64,000 bases of DNA from Bacteroidota bacterium (lineage in GTDB: Bacteria; Bacteroidota; Bacteroidia; Bacteroidales; JAGONC01), in assembly GCA_026391695.1 (NCBI GenBank), contig JAPLDP010000036.1, forward strand, positions 11,631-75,630, read 5' to 3'. The notes below the pieces were generated by a model, which was not told the origin of the DNA, did not search any database, and saw nothing but the letters and a program-made list of their open reading frames with translations. This document shows, piece after piece, positions 1-10,816 of the stretch. Each line of letters starts with the position of its first letter. Positions within the stretch are counted from its first letter, which is position 1. The position numbers and the translations under genes are program-made.

Positions 1-1765
1 AGATACCATAAGGTATTGAGAAATCAGCACCAGCGTTAGCAATGGGAACAGGGAAAATGTCTACTTCTACAGTGCCTGACATAGTATCGGAACATATTTC
101 AGTATAGCCATAAATACCATACCAGCCGGGTATTTTCACACCGGTGAAGCTGATCGGACTGCCTGTTCCCTGGATGATTGTTCCGGCGGCAGTCCCGTTT
201 ATTAAAAGCTCATATGTAACGCCGACTTCTGATGCGCTCAGGTCAACTGACACGCCAGCCTGATCTTCACAATAATATCCGCCGCCTGTCACTGAGTAAA
301 CTTCGGGAACGATAGCAACAGAAACTTCGACAGAGCCGATCATATTTGAATTACCACAATTACCGCTGGCAGTAGCAGTATAAATGCCAGGCAGATCCTG
401 AGGTCCAAAATTAATACCTCCTATTCCCGTTCCAACGACAACCTGGCCTGTGGGCAAGCCATTCAGGATCAATTCATAATTAACATAAGCTTCGGATGTG
501 TTCGTATCGAGATATACTTCCGGCCCGGTAGTACCTTCACAGTACATTCCTCCCCCACCGACCGGATACTGGACAGGTGTTCCTCTGACGGTCACCAGCC
601 TGTTGATGCTGTTAGAACATCCACCCGCATCGGTATAGGTATAGGTTATCGGGAAAGGTCCTCCCACACCGGCTTCTGCGGGATTAAAAACAGCCGAATT
701 ATTACCCAGGTCAGTGATGCCTGGGCCGGAAAAGGTACTGTTCCCTGTTTCAGGGTAATAGTCACCAAATAATGTATCAGGCTCTTCATTGACACACCAG
801 AAAGGATATAATCCGCTAAAGTCAACAGGAGGCAGTCCCGGAATCAAGGTAAATTCATACTCTATGGATTGTGCATTATTATCACACAAGTCAGAAATCA
901 ATCCGATGATTTTAAGCTTATAATCACCGCCATCAATAATGGGAGGATTAAATACCAGGGTATATTTCTTCTCCTGTGTGCCACCAAGTTCACATGCTTC
1001 ACCAACCACGTCGGTTATGGTATATTGAATGCTGCCTGATGCATTTGTAAACTGAAAATCTGAAGGTTGGACAGTACTGCACTTCACATTTTCCGAAAAC
1101 TCAAAAAACAATATAGTTACACCTGCACAGCCTATCGTTTCCTGAAAAGCAGAAACATAAGGATTGATATTGTCAAAAATGGATGCTGTGGAAGGAGTGA
1201 AATCAAGGGTATAGCCATTCTGTGTCTGACTCCAGTTACTGACACATAAGACATAAGTCTCACCCGTGTTAACTGGAATATCAATATTCCAGGGATTAGT
1301 TACGCCGCCGTTCTGGCAATTGGTGGTACCACCCAAGGCGGTGCTGGCACCTGTAGGCCCATTATAGCCATAGTTGCCATAAGCATTGCAGCTAACCTGC
1401 ATCTGGACAGCGTTGTTGTATATCTCGCTGCATTCAAAGCCGTTTAAGGAAAAAACGGCCCAATCATAGTCGTCGTTCGGATCATTGGGCGTAATCTTGA
1501 AACGTACAAGGCCGGAGTTCTGAACGGTAATGATATACCATACATCATTTTTCTCTCCATCCATACAGCTATATGGACACTGCTGGTCAGGATTTATTTC
1601 GTTAGGGTAATTACCTGAACCGATATAGGATTGTTCATTGTAATAAATTTCAGTACAAACCGGTATGGCACCGAGGCAGTCCTGCACTGTCGGAACCTGT
1701 CCCGGCACAGAATAAAAAACTAACATAGAGAATAGTAAAAGGCAGAGTCTTCTTAAATTCCACAT
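1..1765 (-). CDS. Partial (N-terminal ~588 aa) secreted multi-Ig-domain surface protein, paralog of 3898..7629. The 3' end lies beyond the window start.
   Basis: Absent from the ORF track because it is open at the window edge. Manual translation from ATG at 1765-1763 gives MWNLRRLCLLLFS... with a signal peptide. The motifs then follow the same order as in the 1243-aa neighbour: QDCLGAIxVC, DVWYIITV, DDYDW, TDAGGCSNSI, two YCE...Ig-like modules, and ANAGxDxSIPYG at the edge. Confidence 0.8.
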   Translation of the reverse strand, partial: MWNLRRLCLLLFSMLVFYSVPGQVPTVQDCLGAIPVCTEIYYNEQSYIGSGNYPNEINPDQQCPYSCMDGEKNDVWYIITVQNSGLVRFKITPNDPNDDYDWAVFSLNGFECSEIYNNAVQMQVSCNAYGNYGYNGPTGASTALGGTTNCQNGGVTNPWNIDIPVNTGETYVLCVSNWSQTQNGYTLDFTPSTASIFDNINPYVSAFQETIGCAGVTILFFEFSENVKCSTVQPSDFQFTNASGSIQYTITDVVGEACELGGTQEKKYTLVFNPPIIDGGDYKLKIIGLISDLCDNNAQSIEYEFTLIPGLPPVDFSGLYPFWCVNEEPDTLFGDYYPETGNSTFSGPGITDLGNNSAVFNPAEAGVGGPFPITYTYTDAGGCSNSINRLVTVRGTPVQYPVGGGGMYCEGTTGPEVYLDTNTSEAYVNYELILNGLPTGQVVVGTGIGGINFGPQDLPGIYTATASGNCGNSNMIGSVEVSVAIVPEVYSVTGGGYYCEDQAGVSVDLSASEVGVTYELLINGTAAGTIIQGTGSPISFTGVKIPGWYGIYGYTEICSDTMSGTVEVDIFPVPIANAGADFSIPYGI

Positions 1766-1862
1766 AAATTACATTGGTAGTCCGTCATTTTTTTATCTTT
1801 CATAGTATTCGCCGGATTATCTCAAACCTTGCACTATACTCCTGGTTCATGAACTGTAAAGC

Positions 1863-3848
1863 TCATCGTAACAGGGTTAAAGGTCCCTTCAGCACCACAT
1901 TATCAAATACGCCAAAGTCAAGTTCAACCTTATAGGTGATCTTATAAATATAAACACCAGAGGGTAATAATGTGTTATTAAGAGTGCCATCCCATCCCTC
2001 ATCAATTTCATGACTTTCAAATAGAAGCTGTCCCCATCGATTATAAACCATCATATGAAAATCATTTATACCGCCCTCTTTTAGACAGATAGCCATAAAT
2101 TCTTCATTTAACCCATCTCCGTTAGGTGTGAAGGCATTGGGGACAAAAATCACCGAGGGGATGATGACAATAGTGTCAATATTATAACAGCATAGGGTAT
2201 CCACAACCATCAGGTAATATGTACCTGTATCGGCAGCGATAAACTGCTGATTAGTTCCGGCTGGGTTTTGCATACTTTGGTAATACCAGAAATATTTATC
2301 ATAACCGGCACCTCCCTGAAGGGTGAACTTTGCACCAGGATATAAAAAGACTGTATCCGGGTTCAAATAATCGATATCAGGCAAAGGATTAATGACAACC
2401 TTTTCGCTGCTTTGAAACGACTTACCTTTATAGAATTCGCTTAGCAAAACATTATATGGTCCGGGATTGCTGAAAACATGTCCGGGTGAGGAAAGAGAAG
2501 ATGTATTACTACTTCCGGAACCCAGATCATCAAAATTCCAGAGCTGAGACTCTATATTGGAGTCATTGGTAACTGTAAGTATGGTGGTATCACCAAAACA
2601 CTTGTTTTTATATGTAAAAGCCGGTATATCCAGGTAGCTCTGCATAAAATTGGGAAGGCATATATAACCGCTTCTTCCCCCTAATCCTTGACCATTCTCA
2701 ATAATATTGCACCAATTGCCAATTCTATCAGGATTTTGGATCACACTCAGATAAGACAAATTCGTTCTGGCAACATAAATTTTACCATCTTTTCCTAACT
2801 GTAAAGCTCCAAAAGCACTATCATAATGAGAAGCAATAATTTGATAAGGATTTTGAAAAATATCAGTGTTGTTTAAATCCAGTTGATACACCCGGCTTGA
2901 ATCAATAAGAGTCTGCGAAAAGTCGAGCGTACTGACATATAGTTTAGAATTATCAGGTGAGAATTCAATACCAAAAGCATTTTTAAAAGTTTCAGGTGAT
3001 GATTTACAGTTACTAAGTACGCCTGTTTCATTATTAAAATCAAAAATCTCGACTGAGTTAAGACCAGTAATTGCAACCGCAATCTTACTACCATCTGGTG
3101 ATGACTTCATATAGCCGGTGGAAATATTTGGTATAGGAAAACCAAGTGATCCTTCATAACTTTTTCCGATTGGATTTGTAATAAAATTCGTATCCACCCC
3201 ATCCCGTGTCACCAAAAAAACATAAAAACAATTAGCCCATTCTCCATTAAGAGAGACATCATAGCCATGTGTAATAACCCAAACATCCCGTTCATTCTTA
3301 TGCCTGACAGCCGTTAGTTTTTCAGCAACATCTTCATGCAAAAGAATATTATAATTTTTGACATCACCATAGGGTGGATTAAAATTTAAATCAATTTCAG
3401 AATATCTGAATCCGTAAGAAACAGTATGAAAATATGGGTCATAAGGGAAATCGACTGTAAATAGATAATAAATATTCTTAATTTCAGGATTTTGTATAAA
3501 TATTGAAGATTGTGTACAACTGGGATCTCCAAAAAGGTCATTACCATGAGGCAGAAGTTCAAAATTACTTCCCCATACCTGTTGACCATTAGATACAAAT
3601 TTAAAGTTGCCCAGTTCATCAGAAATAACTGAACTGCTTCTACCACCTATTTTTTCAATAGGATTATAATACAACACTGTGTTTGCATTATCATAACTCA
3701 CAGAATTGGTAAAAACCAATCCTGCAAAACTTGAAAAATACCAATAATTGGCTTCTTCAGGTGGGATATATTCACATTCATCAGAAAAGCTCTGAGCATA
3801 TGAAAAGATGACAAGCAAAAGGCCGGAAAAAATTAAAACTATCCGCAT
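1863..3848 (-). CDS. Secreted protein with T9SS type B (CHU_C / gliding-motility C-terminal domain-like) sorting domain
   Basis: 661-aa ORF with signal peptide MRIVLIFSGLLLVIFSYAQS. The C-terminal ~90 aa (FVPNAFTPNGDGLNEEF...VYNRWGQLLF...GWDG...YIYKI) fit the type B CTD signature. Confidence 0.8.
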   Translation of the reverse strand: MRIVLIFSGLLLVIFSYAQSFSDECEYIPPEEANYWYFSSFAGLVFTNSVSYDNANTVLYYNPIEKIGGRSSSVISDELGNFKFVSNGQQVWGSNFELLPHGNDLFGDPSCTQSSIFIQNPEIKNIYYLFTVDFPYDPYFHTVSYGFRYSEIDLNFNPPYGDVKNYNILLHEDVAEKLTAVRHKNERDVWVITHGYDVSLNGEWANCFYVFLVTRDGVDTNFITNPIGKSYEGSLGFPIPNISTGYMKSSPDGSKIAVAITGLNSVEIFDFNNETGVLSNCKSSPETFKNAFGIEFSPDNSKLYVSTLDFSQTLIDSSRVYQLDLNNTDIFQNPYQIIASHYDSAFGALQLGKDGKIYVARTNLSYLSVIQNPDRIGNWCNIIENGQGLGGRSGYICLPNFMQSYLDIPAFTYKNKCFGDTTILTVTNDSNIESQLWNFDDLGSGSSNTSSLSSPGHVFSNPGPYNVLLSEFYKGKSFQSSEKVVINPLPDIDYLNPDTVFLYPGAKFTLQGGAGYDKYFWYYQSMQNPAGTNQQFIAADTGTYYLMVVDTLCCYNIDTIVIIPSVIFVPNAFTPNGDGLNEEFMAICLKEGGINDFHMMVYNRWGQLLFESHEIDEGWDGTLNNTLLPSGVYIYKITYKVELDFGVFDNVVLKGPLTLLR

Positions 3849-3897
3849 TATCAGGTTCTTTTAATTGAAATGAACAACTTGTTAAAGATATGATATT

Positions 3898-6800
3898 TTA
3901 CTCGAGTATTATCTTTTTCAAATATACGACATTGTCGCTGATAAGTTTAAACATGTATATCCCTTTATGGAAAAATGAAAGATCAAGTTGCCCAGTATAG
4001 CCGTCAGCACCATTGGACCTGATGTTTTTCCTCAGGATGATCTGCCCGTGCATATCGAATATCTCCATTTCAGCGGTGGATGTCAGTCCCTTTATAATTA
4101 CATGTATTTGGTCATGTGTTGGATTTGGAAAAATCTTTATATCAATACTATGATCAGTTGTCGGAATTCCGGTACATTCGGAGAAACTAAATAACACCGT
4201 CAGGGAATCGGAAGCATGACACCCGGTTTCCGGATTTGACACTATTACCCAGTAGGTCTGAATGACAAGTCCAATACCGGTTGTTCTGACCTGCAATGTT
4301 TGTCCCCATGACAGATCAGACCATTCATACTGGAATCCGGGATTACCGGCATCCAGAATAAGCGTATCATATACACATACGGCAATAGTATCTTCGCCAA
4401 TTATTGTTGAACCTTGCGGTATAAGATTTATTGCAGGTAAAGGATTTACAGTGACAGTGACCGTATTGCTGCTCTCGTTATAGCCGTCAGAAACTTCAAT
4501 GGTGTAAACAGTAGTTGTATCAGGATTGACATACATGCTGACATTATTAGAGATAACTGAGCCGGTATTATCTTTCCAGGTATATTGATAAGTTTCGGCA
4601 CCGCCGAATGCCAGAGCCTGTAACATGGTTTCGACTCCCTGGCATATTTCCGGGGATTCAGCATAGGCATTCACTCCAAGAGGGCCTCCGACGACATTGA
4701 TAGTGATCTGGTCCTCATCCCAGCAACCGTATTGATCTGTCGCTTTCAGCGTAAATATAGTTGATTCCGTCATATTGATGGTCTGGGGATTTTGGATAAA
4801 GGAATTAACAAGCATATCAACAGGTTCCCAATTCCAGAAATAGAATCCCGATCCTCCTGTTGCATATCCGCTTAGTACGGTCCATGTACCATAAGGAATT
4901 GTTTTATCCTCACCGGCACTGGCAGAAGGCAAAGCATGCACAGTGACGTCGACGCTGCCATTGACCGTGACATTACCATCATTAACCGCCAGGGTATACG
5001 TCGTGGATTGTGTGGGGTAGGCCACAGTATTCAAGATGCTGGCATTAAATCCTGGCGGATTGGATGTCCACTGATACGTATAGTTTTCCGTACCTCCGGC
5101 TACAACGCCGCTTAACTGAACCGCTCCTCCGGTATTACACATGGCATCAGGATCAGCTGTGACACTGACAATCTGAAGAGGGCCGCCATATACTTCCACG
5201 GTCACAGATGCTTCATCATGGCAGCCGGTTGACTGATCAGTAACAAGTACCGTAAACACGACAGTATATTCGAGATGCACAGTCTCCGGATCAGCAGAAG
5301 AAGAGTTTACAACCTTATCTGCCGGCGACCACTGATAAGAAAATGGTCCTATCCCGCCTGTGGTAACTGCATGAAGTGTTGTCCATGATCCATAAGGAAT
5401 GCTTATGAGGTCAGCACTGGCCTGGGCCCCAGGTAAAGGCTTGACAGTTAAGGAAGTACTGCCTTGTGACGAATTATATCCATCATTGACAGTAACAGTA
5501 TACAGAGTGTTCATAGCAGGTGTTACAACAGGATTTGCATCGGTGGATGTGAATCCCGGCGGATTTGATACCCATGAATAGGTATAGACACCGGCACCTC
5601 CCGATGCCAGGGCATGGAGTTGTGTGCTCTCCCCAAGACATAGCTGGTCATTATCGGCAGATACATTTACTCCCAATGGTCCGCCGACTACCGTGACGAT
5701 AATGTCATCAGTATCTTCACAACCATTGATATCTGTGACTTTAAGGGTAAAAATGGTAGTTATATCCAGGTTAATAGTCTGAGGATCTTCAATATCCGGA
5801 TTGACAAGCAAATTGGCAGGCTCCCAGTGCCAAGTATAACCACTGGTACCTCCGGTGGCAGAACCATCAAGTGTGGTCCATGTTCCATAGGGTATCGATT
5901 TATCCGGGCCTGCGTTAGCAACAGGCACAGGATTAATTCCGATTTCCCCGGCACCTGCCATGGTATCGGAGCATATCGTATTAAAAGCAAGAACGGTGTA
6001 CCAGCCCGGCATAGTCACCCCATTAAAACTCACGGGATCACCTGTTCCCTCTAAATCTATACCTGTCGGTAACGAGTTCAACAGCAGTTCGTACGTCACA
6101 CCTGCTTCTGAATCGTTCAGGGTGATAGAAGTGCCGTTAACATTCTCACAATAATAACCTCCGCCGCTTACATTGAATACCTGTGGTACAATAGCAATGT
6201 CTATTTCTGCCGAACCCAGCATGTCGTTATTTCCGCAATTCCCTGACGCTTTCACAGTATATACTCCTGCTTCGGTCTGTAGTCCGAAATTTATTCCTCC
6301 GATGCCTGTACCCATAACAATCTGGCCCGTTGAGGAACCATTGTGGTACAATTCATAACCTACAAAAGCTTCAGATTGATCTTCAACAAGGTATATTTCA
6401 GGACCGGTACTACCTTCACAATAGGATCCGCCCCCTCCGACAGTATATTGAATGGGAAGACTCTGTACTGTGACAAGTCTGCTGATCGAATTACTGCAAC
6501 CGCCGGCATCGGTATATTCGTATGTGACCGAATAAGGCCCACCCGGACCGGTAGCACCCGGATTAAAAACTGCAGAATTATTGCCAAGGTCCGTTATCCC
6601 GGGACCAGTAAAAGAACTATTTCCCGTTTCAGGATAATGGTTGCCATAAATGGTATCGGGCTGCTCATTTTCACACCAGAATGGATGCAGGCCATCAAAA
6701 TCAACAACAGGAAGTCCCGACTGCAGTTCAAAAGTCACAGGGGAGGATAGAGCATTGTTCTCGCATAAATCGGTAATCACACCAATAACCGTAATAATAT

Positions 6801-7629
6801 ACTGACCGCTGTTAAAGATGGGGGGAGTGACTGTAAGGGTATAGGCTTTTTCCTGTTCCCCGCCAACTTCACACCCTTCGCCGGTGACATCGGTCACAGT
6901 GAAGACTTCACCGGAAGGTCCTGTCAGCGAAAAATCAGCAGGCTGAACAGTGGTACACACCACATTTTCGGAAAACTCAATATATAACTCCGTATCACCG
7001 GCACAACCTATGGTCTGTTGTTCATAATTAATATAAGGATGGACGTCATCATATATAGATGCTGTCGAAAGCCCGAAATCAAGGAAATAGCCACTTTGCG
7101 ATTGAGAAAAGTTGCTGATATTCAGCACATAGATTTCGCCTGGTGAAACGGGAATCAATGCATTAAAGGGAGTACCACCGGCACCCTGGGTTGTATAATT
7201 TGAGCCGCCATTAGCTCCTGTTGCACCTGGTGTTCCCGACCAGTTACAACTTACCTCAAGTGATGGATCATAATAAATGTCGGAACATTCTGCATTGGTC
7301 AGCTCGAAAACTGTCCAGTCATAGTCGTCGGATAATTGGTTGGGAGTGATCAGGAAACCCAGGTTGCCGCCAGTCTTTACCGTAATGATATACCATACAT
7401 CATTCAGTTCGCCCCAATCCATGCATGAAGGACCCGGATTAATCTCATTCAGATAGTTGCCTGTACCTGAATATGAAATTTCAGTATAATATGTCGCCTG
7501 ACAAACGGCGATTGCTCCAAGACAGTCCTGATCAGTGGGTATCTGTGAAAATGTGAAAGAGGATGACAGCACACTAGTTGCCAGAAGAATGATTTTTAAC
7601 AATAAAATCCTATGAATGATATGCCACAT
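3898..7629 (-). CDS. Giant secreted adhesin-like protein with multiple Ig/PKD-like modules and a T9SS type A (Por_Secre_tail-like) sorting domain
   Basis: 1243-aa ORF with a signal peptide and a Cys-containing N-terminal domain shared with the 1..1765 paralog. It has repeated ANAGxDKxIPYGTWT and GGPLGVN modules. The C-terminus IFPNPTHDQIHVII...GIYMFKLISDNVVYLKKIILE is typical of a type A CTD. Confidence 0.85.
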   Translation of the reverse strand: MWHIIHRILLLKIILLATSVLSSSFTFSQIPTDQDCLGAIAVCQATYYTEISYSGTGNYLNEINPGPSCMDWGELNDVWYIITVKTGGNLGFLITPNQLSDDYDWTVFELTNAECSDIYYDPSLEVSCNWSGTPGATGANGGSNYTTQGAGGTPFNALIPVSPGEIYVLNISNFSQSQSGYFLDFGLSTASIYDDVHPYINYEQQTIGCAGDTELYIEFSENVVCTTVQPADFSLTGPSGEVFTVTDVTGEGCEVGGEQEKAYTLTVTPPIFNSGQYIITVIGVITDLCENNALSSPVTFELQSGLPVVDFDGLHPFWCENEQPDTIYGNHYPETGNSSFTGPGITDLGNNSAVFNPGATGPGGPYSVTYEYTDAGGCSNSISRLVTVQSLPIQYTVGGGGSYCEGSTGPEIYLVEDQSEAFVGYELYHNGSSTGQIVMGTGIGGINFGLQTEAGVYTVKASGNCGNNDMLGSAEIDIAIVPQVFNVSGGGYYCENVNGTSITLNDSEAGVTYELLLNSLPTGIDLEGTGDPVSFNGVTMPGWYTVLAFNTICSDTMAGAGEIGINPVPVANAGPDKSIPYGTWTTLDGSATGGTSGYTWHWEPANLLVNPDIEDPQTINLDITTIFTLKVTDINGCEDTDDIIVTVVGGPLGVNVSADNDQLCLGESTQLHALASGGAGVYTYSWVSNPPGFTSTDANPVVTPAMNTLYTVTVNDGYNSSQGSTSLTVKPLPGAQASADLISIPYGSWTTLHAVTTGGIGPFSYQWSPADKVVNSSSADPETVHLEYTVVFTVLVTDQSTGCHDEASVTVEVYGGPLQIVSVTADPDAMCNTGGAVQLSGVVAGGTENYTYQWTSNPPGFNASILNTVAYPTQSTTYTLAVNDGNVTVNGSVDVTVHALPSASAGEDKTIPYGTWTVLSGYATGGSGFYFWNWEPVDMLVNSFIQNPQTINMTESTIFTLKATDQYGCWDEDQITINVVGGPLGVNAYAESPEICQGVETMLQALAFGGAETYQYTWKDNTGSVISNNVSMYVNPDTTTVYTIEVSDGYNESSNTVTVTVNPLPAINLIPQGSTIIGEDTIAVCVYDTLILDAGNPGFQYEWSDLSWGQTLQVRTTGIGLVIQTYWVIVSNPETGCHASDSLTVLFSFSECTGIPTTDHSIDIKIFPNPTHDQIHVIIKGLTSTAEMEIFDMHGQIILRKNIRSNGADGYTGQLDLSFFHKGIYMFKLISDNVVYLKKIILE
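4432..5928 (-). repeat. Three tandem ~166-aa (~500-bp) super-repeats inside 3898..7629, each made of two Ig-like modules
   Basis: Residues ~568-733, 734-901 and 902-1066 each run (A/S)xAGxDKxIPYG(T/S)WT ... GGPL(G/Q)(V/I) ... Y(T/Q)Y(S/Q/T)W ... VxxLP. Counted from the ORF translation. Confidence 0.75.
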
Positions 7630-7721
7630 AGATCGGATTTTTACAAAAATAGAAATTTGGGTATACCAAAGGGAGTACGAAGTTAAAAAAAAAATTATAT
7701 GAGAAATATACCTGCTGGTAA

Positions 7722-10625
7722 TTATCTGAGAAGTGTCACCATTCCCTTTCTGGTGACAGGAATATGGTCGGGATTATGCTTTTCCTCAAAGGTGATGACC
7801 CATATATAAACATCGGCAGGGCAAGGCTGCCCGTTAAACATACCATCCCAACCACGGGTGACATCGGTTGTTTGAAAAATAAGTGTTCCCCACCGGCTGA
7901 ATACCTGCATGTTGAATTTCACGACTTCATCAAGGGTGCCGACCACATTAAAAATGTCATTTATGCCATCATCATCCGGAGTAAAAGCGTTGGGAATAGG
8001 AATAAAAGCTAACGGTATGCGAATAAACACCGAGTCGGAAGTGCTGCAGCCATACATGGTCACATCCACCCAGTAGTCGCCAGGTTCGGTTATTGTCAGG
8101 ACAGAATCCGTATCGCCGGTATTCCACAGGTAACTGTCAAATCCCCATCCGGCGTGAAGCACTATCGGTGTACCTGGATACAGAAAACGGTCGTCACCCA
8201 GTTCAAAAACAGGGTAAGGTTTCACCATGAGTGTATATTTGATGGAATCGTAACATCCGGTTAAACGGTAAACACCGGTAATTGTATAGCTGATGGTATC
8301 ATTTGGTTTAACTATCCATGTCGAATCATTGATCTCCTGTAATCCGGTTTCAGGATGCCAGAAGTATTCATCTGCTCCCTTCATGGTGACGATCACCGAG
8401 TCACCATCACATATTTCCAATACAGGTGAAAGAGCCAGGATATCAGGATTCGGGTGAACCGTAATATTCATCACATTTGCGTCACTGCCACAACCTGTAG
8501 TGGTCACTTCTTCATCGACCAGAAGCTGCGCTGAGCCGGGATTGATCCAGTGTATAACTATCCGGTTCGAATCGGGTTGGGAAATTATTTCACCAACACC
8601 CTTAGGCGTCAGTTGCCATTCATAAACATTTCCGGGATAATAGGGTGTAATATATACTGCTGTATCGGTTTCACAGACAGCCAACTCCCCTGTTATCAAG
8701 GGATCAGGCAGCGGATTGATCAGGACATTGAACGATTGCATGGTCGTGCAGCCTATCGGTGTCGATTCAATGACAAATAGATGCGCATTCCCGTCTTTTA
8801 TCCACTGCACGGTGACCTGGTTAGAGTTGGTATCGGTTATGACTCCAAAATTATTCGGTATATTCCATTCGTAGGTACTACCGGGAGTGTAAGGAGTGGT
8901 AAAATAAAGTGCAGAGTCGCCCTCACACACTGCAGCAGTGCCTGAAATAACAGGAAGTGGATTCGAGAATACGGTGACAGCGAAGGTATCGGCAGCCGTG
9001 CAGGCATACTGGTCGTTGGTAGTTTCGATGACCGTGATGTTATATGTTCCGGTGTCACCCCAGTTCACTGTGATCGCATTATTATTTTGTATAAAAGATG
9101 GCGGGGTAAGACCTATGATGGACCAGTTAAAGAAATTACCAGACGAATCGGCGATATAGACTTCTCCGGTCTGGAACTGGCAAACCTGCGAGTCACCCGA
9201 AATATGCGGATCAACACCAGGAACATTCACAGTTATACTATCAACAAATATTTCACTTAAATTGGTGACTCTAACAAAAAATCTTGTAGTTACTATAGGA
9301 TGTGCATCGACAACAGAATCGTGCAATATAAAAGGGCTAAAAGGATCAGACCACCAATCATAAGTGTATGGCACAGTAATATCACCTCCATACGCAACAA
9401 CCTGGAGCTTTACACTATCTCCGGAGCATACTGTTGGTTTATCAACGGTAAGATTTGCAAAGAGAAGTGAATTTTGGACAGCAACCACAACTTCATCAGT
9501 ATCACTCAGGCAACCTAAATCATCTCTTACAGCTAGCTTATAAAGCTGGGTTTTTACTAAAGGAACAGTTGGTGTTATAGGTTGATCAGGAAAATTTACC
9601 ATCCCCGAAGGTTCCCAATGATAAAACAAAGTTCCTGTTCCTGAAGATCCTGTTCCATCCAAAGTTGTTGAAGAGCCTTGAGGTATTATGACATCATTTC
9701 CGGCATTTGCAATAGGAAGAAATTGAACATTTACTGTCACTGTATCCATAAAAGGAACGGTTCCATTTAGTATTGTAACTGCGATGTAATTGGTTGTAGA
9801 TCCTGGCCAGACGATGATTGTAGAAGTATCAGCAATATGGTAATTTGGATAGGCATACCACCAACTTATCCCACTTAATTTACCGATGATAATTGGATCC
9901 CATTCGATCTGCTCAACATTGTAATCAGTATAGGCTGGAAAAATTGGAGTGTACTTCCAACTGTTTCTTATTGCTGTCCATTGTGTTCCATTTCTGCCTG
10001 GTATTGCATAGGCCATAGTGCCAAATTTGTTATGAATACCCTGTGTAGCAATTCCAATATTCGAATAAGGTTTAGAAGTTATATGGTTTTCAATTGAATA
10101 ATCCGATTCATTTAATACAAATTGAAATATACCTAAACTATCATAGGATGTCCCGGAAAGTGGAACATTAAAAAAATCTACAACAAATTTTCTATCTGGT
10201 GATGTTCCAACAGTTTCATAACCAACATACGCGCCCTGTGAAGCAGCTGGGATCCAATCCTGCCATGGACCCATAATACAGTTTTTAGGTACATTCGGCT
10301 GAGTGCTTGGGATTGGTTGAATATAATAGGGATCAAATGTATCTGCATCTTCAGTATTAAAACCTACCCAACCATTTGCGCCAATCACGACCGAGTCATA
10401 ATTGAAACCAAAGAATTTAAATGTAAATCCAATTGAAATAGGAACTTTATAAACAGTATCAAAAGAATTGAAATAAATTCGTTGATAATTTGAAGAAGTA
10501 TCGATAGTCGCCGTTAATGTAACAGATTCACCAAAACAAATAGTCGTATCGTTCCCAACATGTATTTGAGCCAAAGAAATCAGGGAAGTGTACAGAAAAA
10601 AAACTAATATGCTAAGTTTTTTCAT
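7722..10625 (-). CDS. Large secreted Ig-like repeat protein with T9SS type B sorting domain
   Basis: 967-aa ORF with signal peptide MKKLSILVFFLYTSLISLAQ and repeated Cys-containing Ig-like modules. C-terminus: IPNAFTPDDDGINDIFNV...VFSRWGTLIF...GWDG...VYIWVI. Confidence 0.85.
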   Translation of the reverse strand: MKKLSILVFFLYTSLISLAQIHVGNDTTICFGESVTLTATIDTSSNYQRIYFNSFDTVYKVPISIGFTFKFFGFNYDSVVIGANGWVGFNTEDADTFDPYYIQPIPSTQPNVPKNCIMGPWQDWIPAASQGAYVGYETVGTSPDRKFVVDFFNVPLSGTSYDSLGIFQFVLNESDYSIENHITSKPYSNIGIATQGIHNKFGTMAYAIPGRNGTQWTAIRNSWKYTPIFPAYTDYNVEQIEWDPIIIGKLSGISWWYAYPNYHIADTSTIIVWPGSTTNYIAVTILNGTVPFMDTVTVNVQFLPIANAGNDVIIPQGSSTTLDGTGSSGTGTLFYHWEPSGMVNFPDQPITPTVPLVKTQLYKLAVRDDLGCLSDTDEVVVAVQNSLLFANLTVDKPTVCSGDSVKLQVVAYGGDITVPYTYDWWSDPFSPFILHDSVVDAHPIVTTRFFVRVTNLSEIFVDSITVNVPGVDPHISGDSQVCQFQTGEVYIADSSGNFFNWSIIGLTPPSFIQNNNAITVNWGDTGTYNITVIETTNDQYACTAADTFAVTVFSNPLPVISGTAAVCEGDSALYFTTPYTPGSTYEWNIPNNFGVITDTNSNQVTVQWIKDGNAHLFVIESTPIGCTTMQSFNVLINPLPDPLITGELAVCETDTAVYITPYYPGNVYEWQLTPKGVGEIISQPDSNRIVIHWINPGSAQLLVDEEVTTTGCGSDANVMNITVHPNPDILALSPVLEICDGDSVIVTMKGADEYFWHPETGLQEINDSTWIVKPNDTISYTITGVYRLTGCYDSIKYTLMVKPYPVFELGDDRFLYPGTPIVLHAGWGFDSYLWNTGDTDSVLTITEPGDYWVDVTMYGCSTSDSVFIRIPLAFIPIPNAFTPDDDGINDIFNVVGTLDEVVKFNMQVFSRWGTLIFQTTDVTRGWDGMFNGQPCPADVYIWVITFEEKHNPDHIPVTRKGMVTLLR

Positions 10626-10762
10626 TCAAAGAGATAAAAATCTGCTTTAACCTACAAAGTTACGTTCATGCTCCATTAAAATCAACTCCATTCTTTCTTT
10701 TAAATTAAACAAATTTATGTTCACAACATCATGCTGTATATTGATTATCCTGTAAAATGTAC

Positions 10763-10794
10763 AAAAAAAGGCTGCCACATTATTGCGACAGCCC
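10763..10794 (-). terminator. Rho-independent terminator downstream of 10817..12295
   Basis: The minus strand reads GGGCTGTC-gcaataatgt-GGCAGCC followed by TTTTTTT. This is a 7-bp stem with one G-U pair plus a T7 run, 23 nt after the stop codon. Confidence 0.6.
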
Positions 10795-10816
10795 TATTTA
10801 TTAACATTTTAACCGA

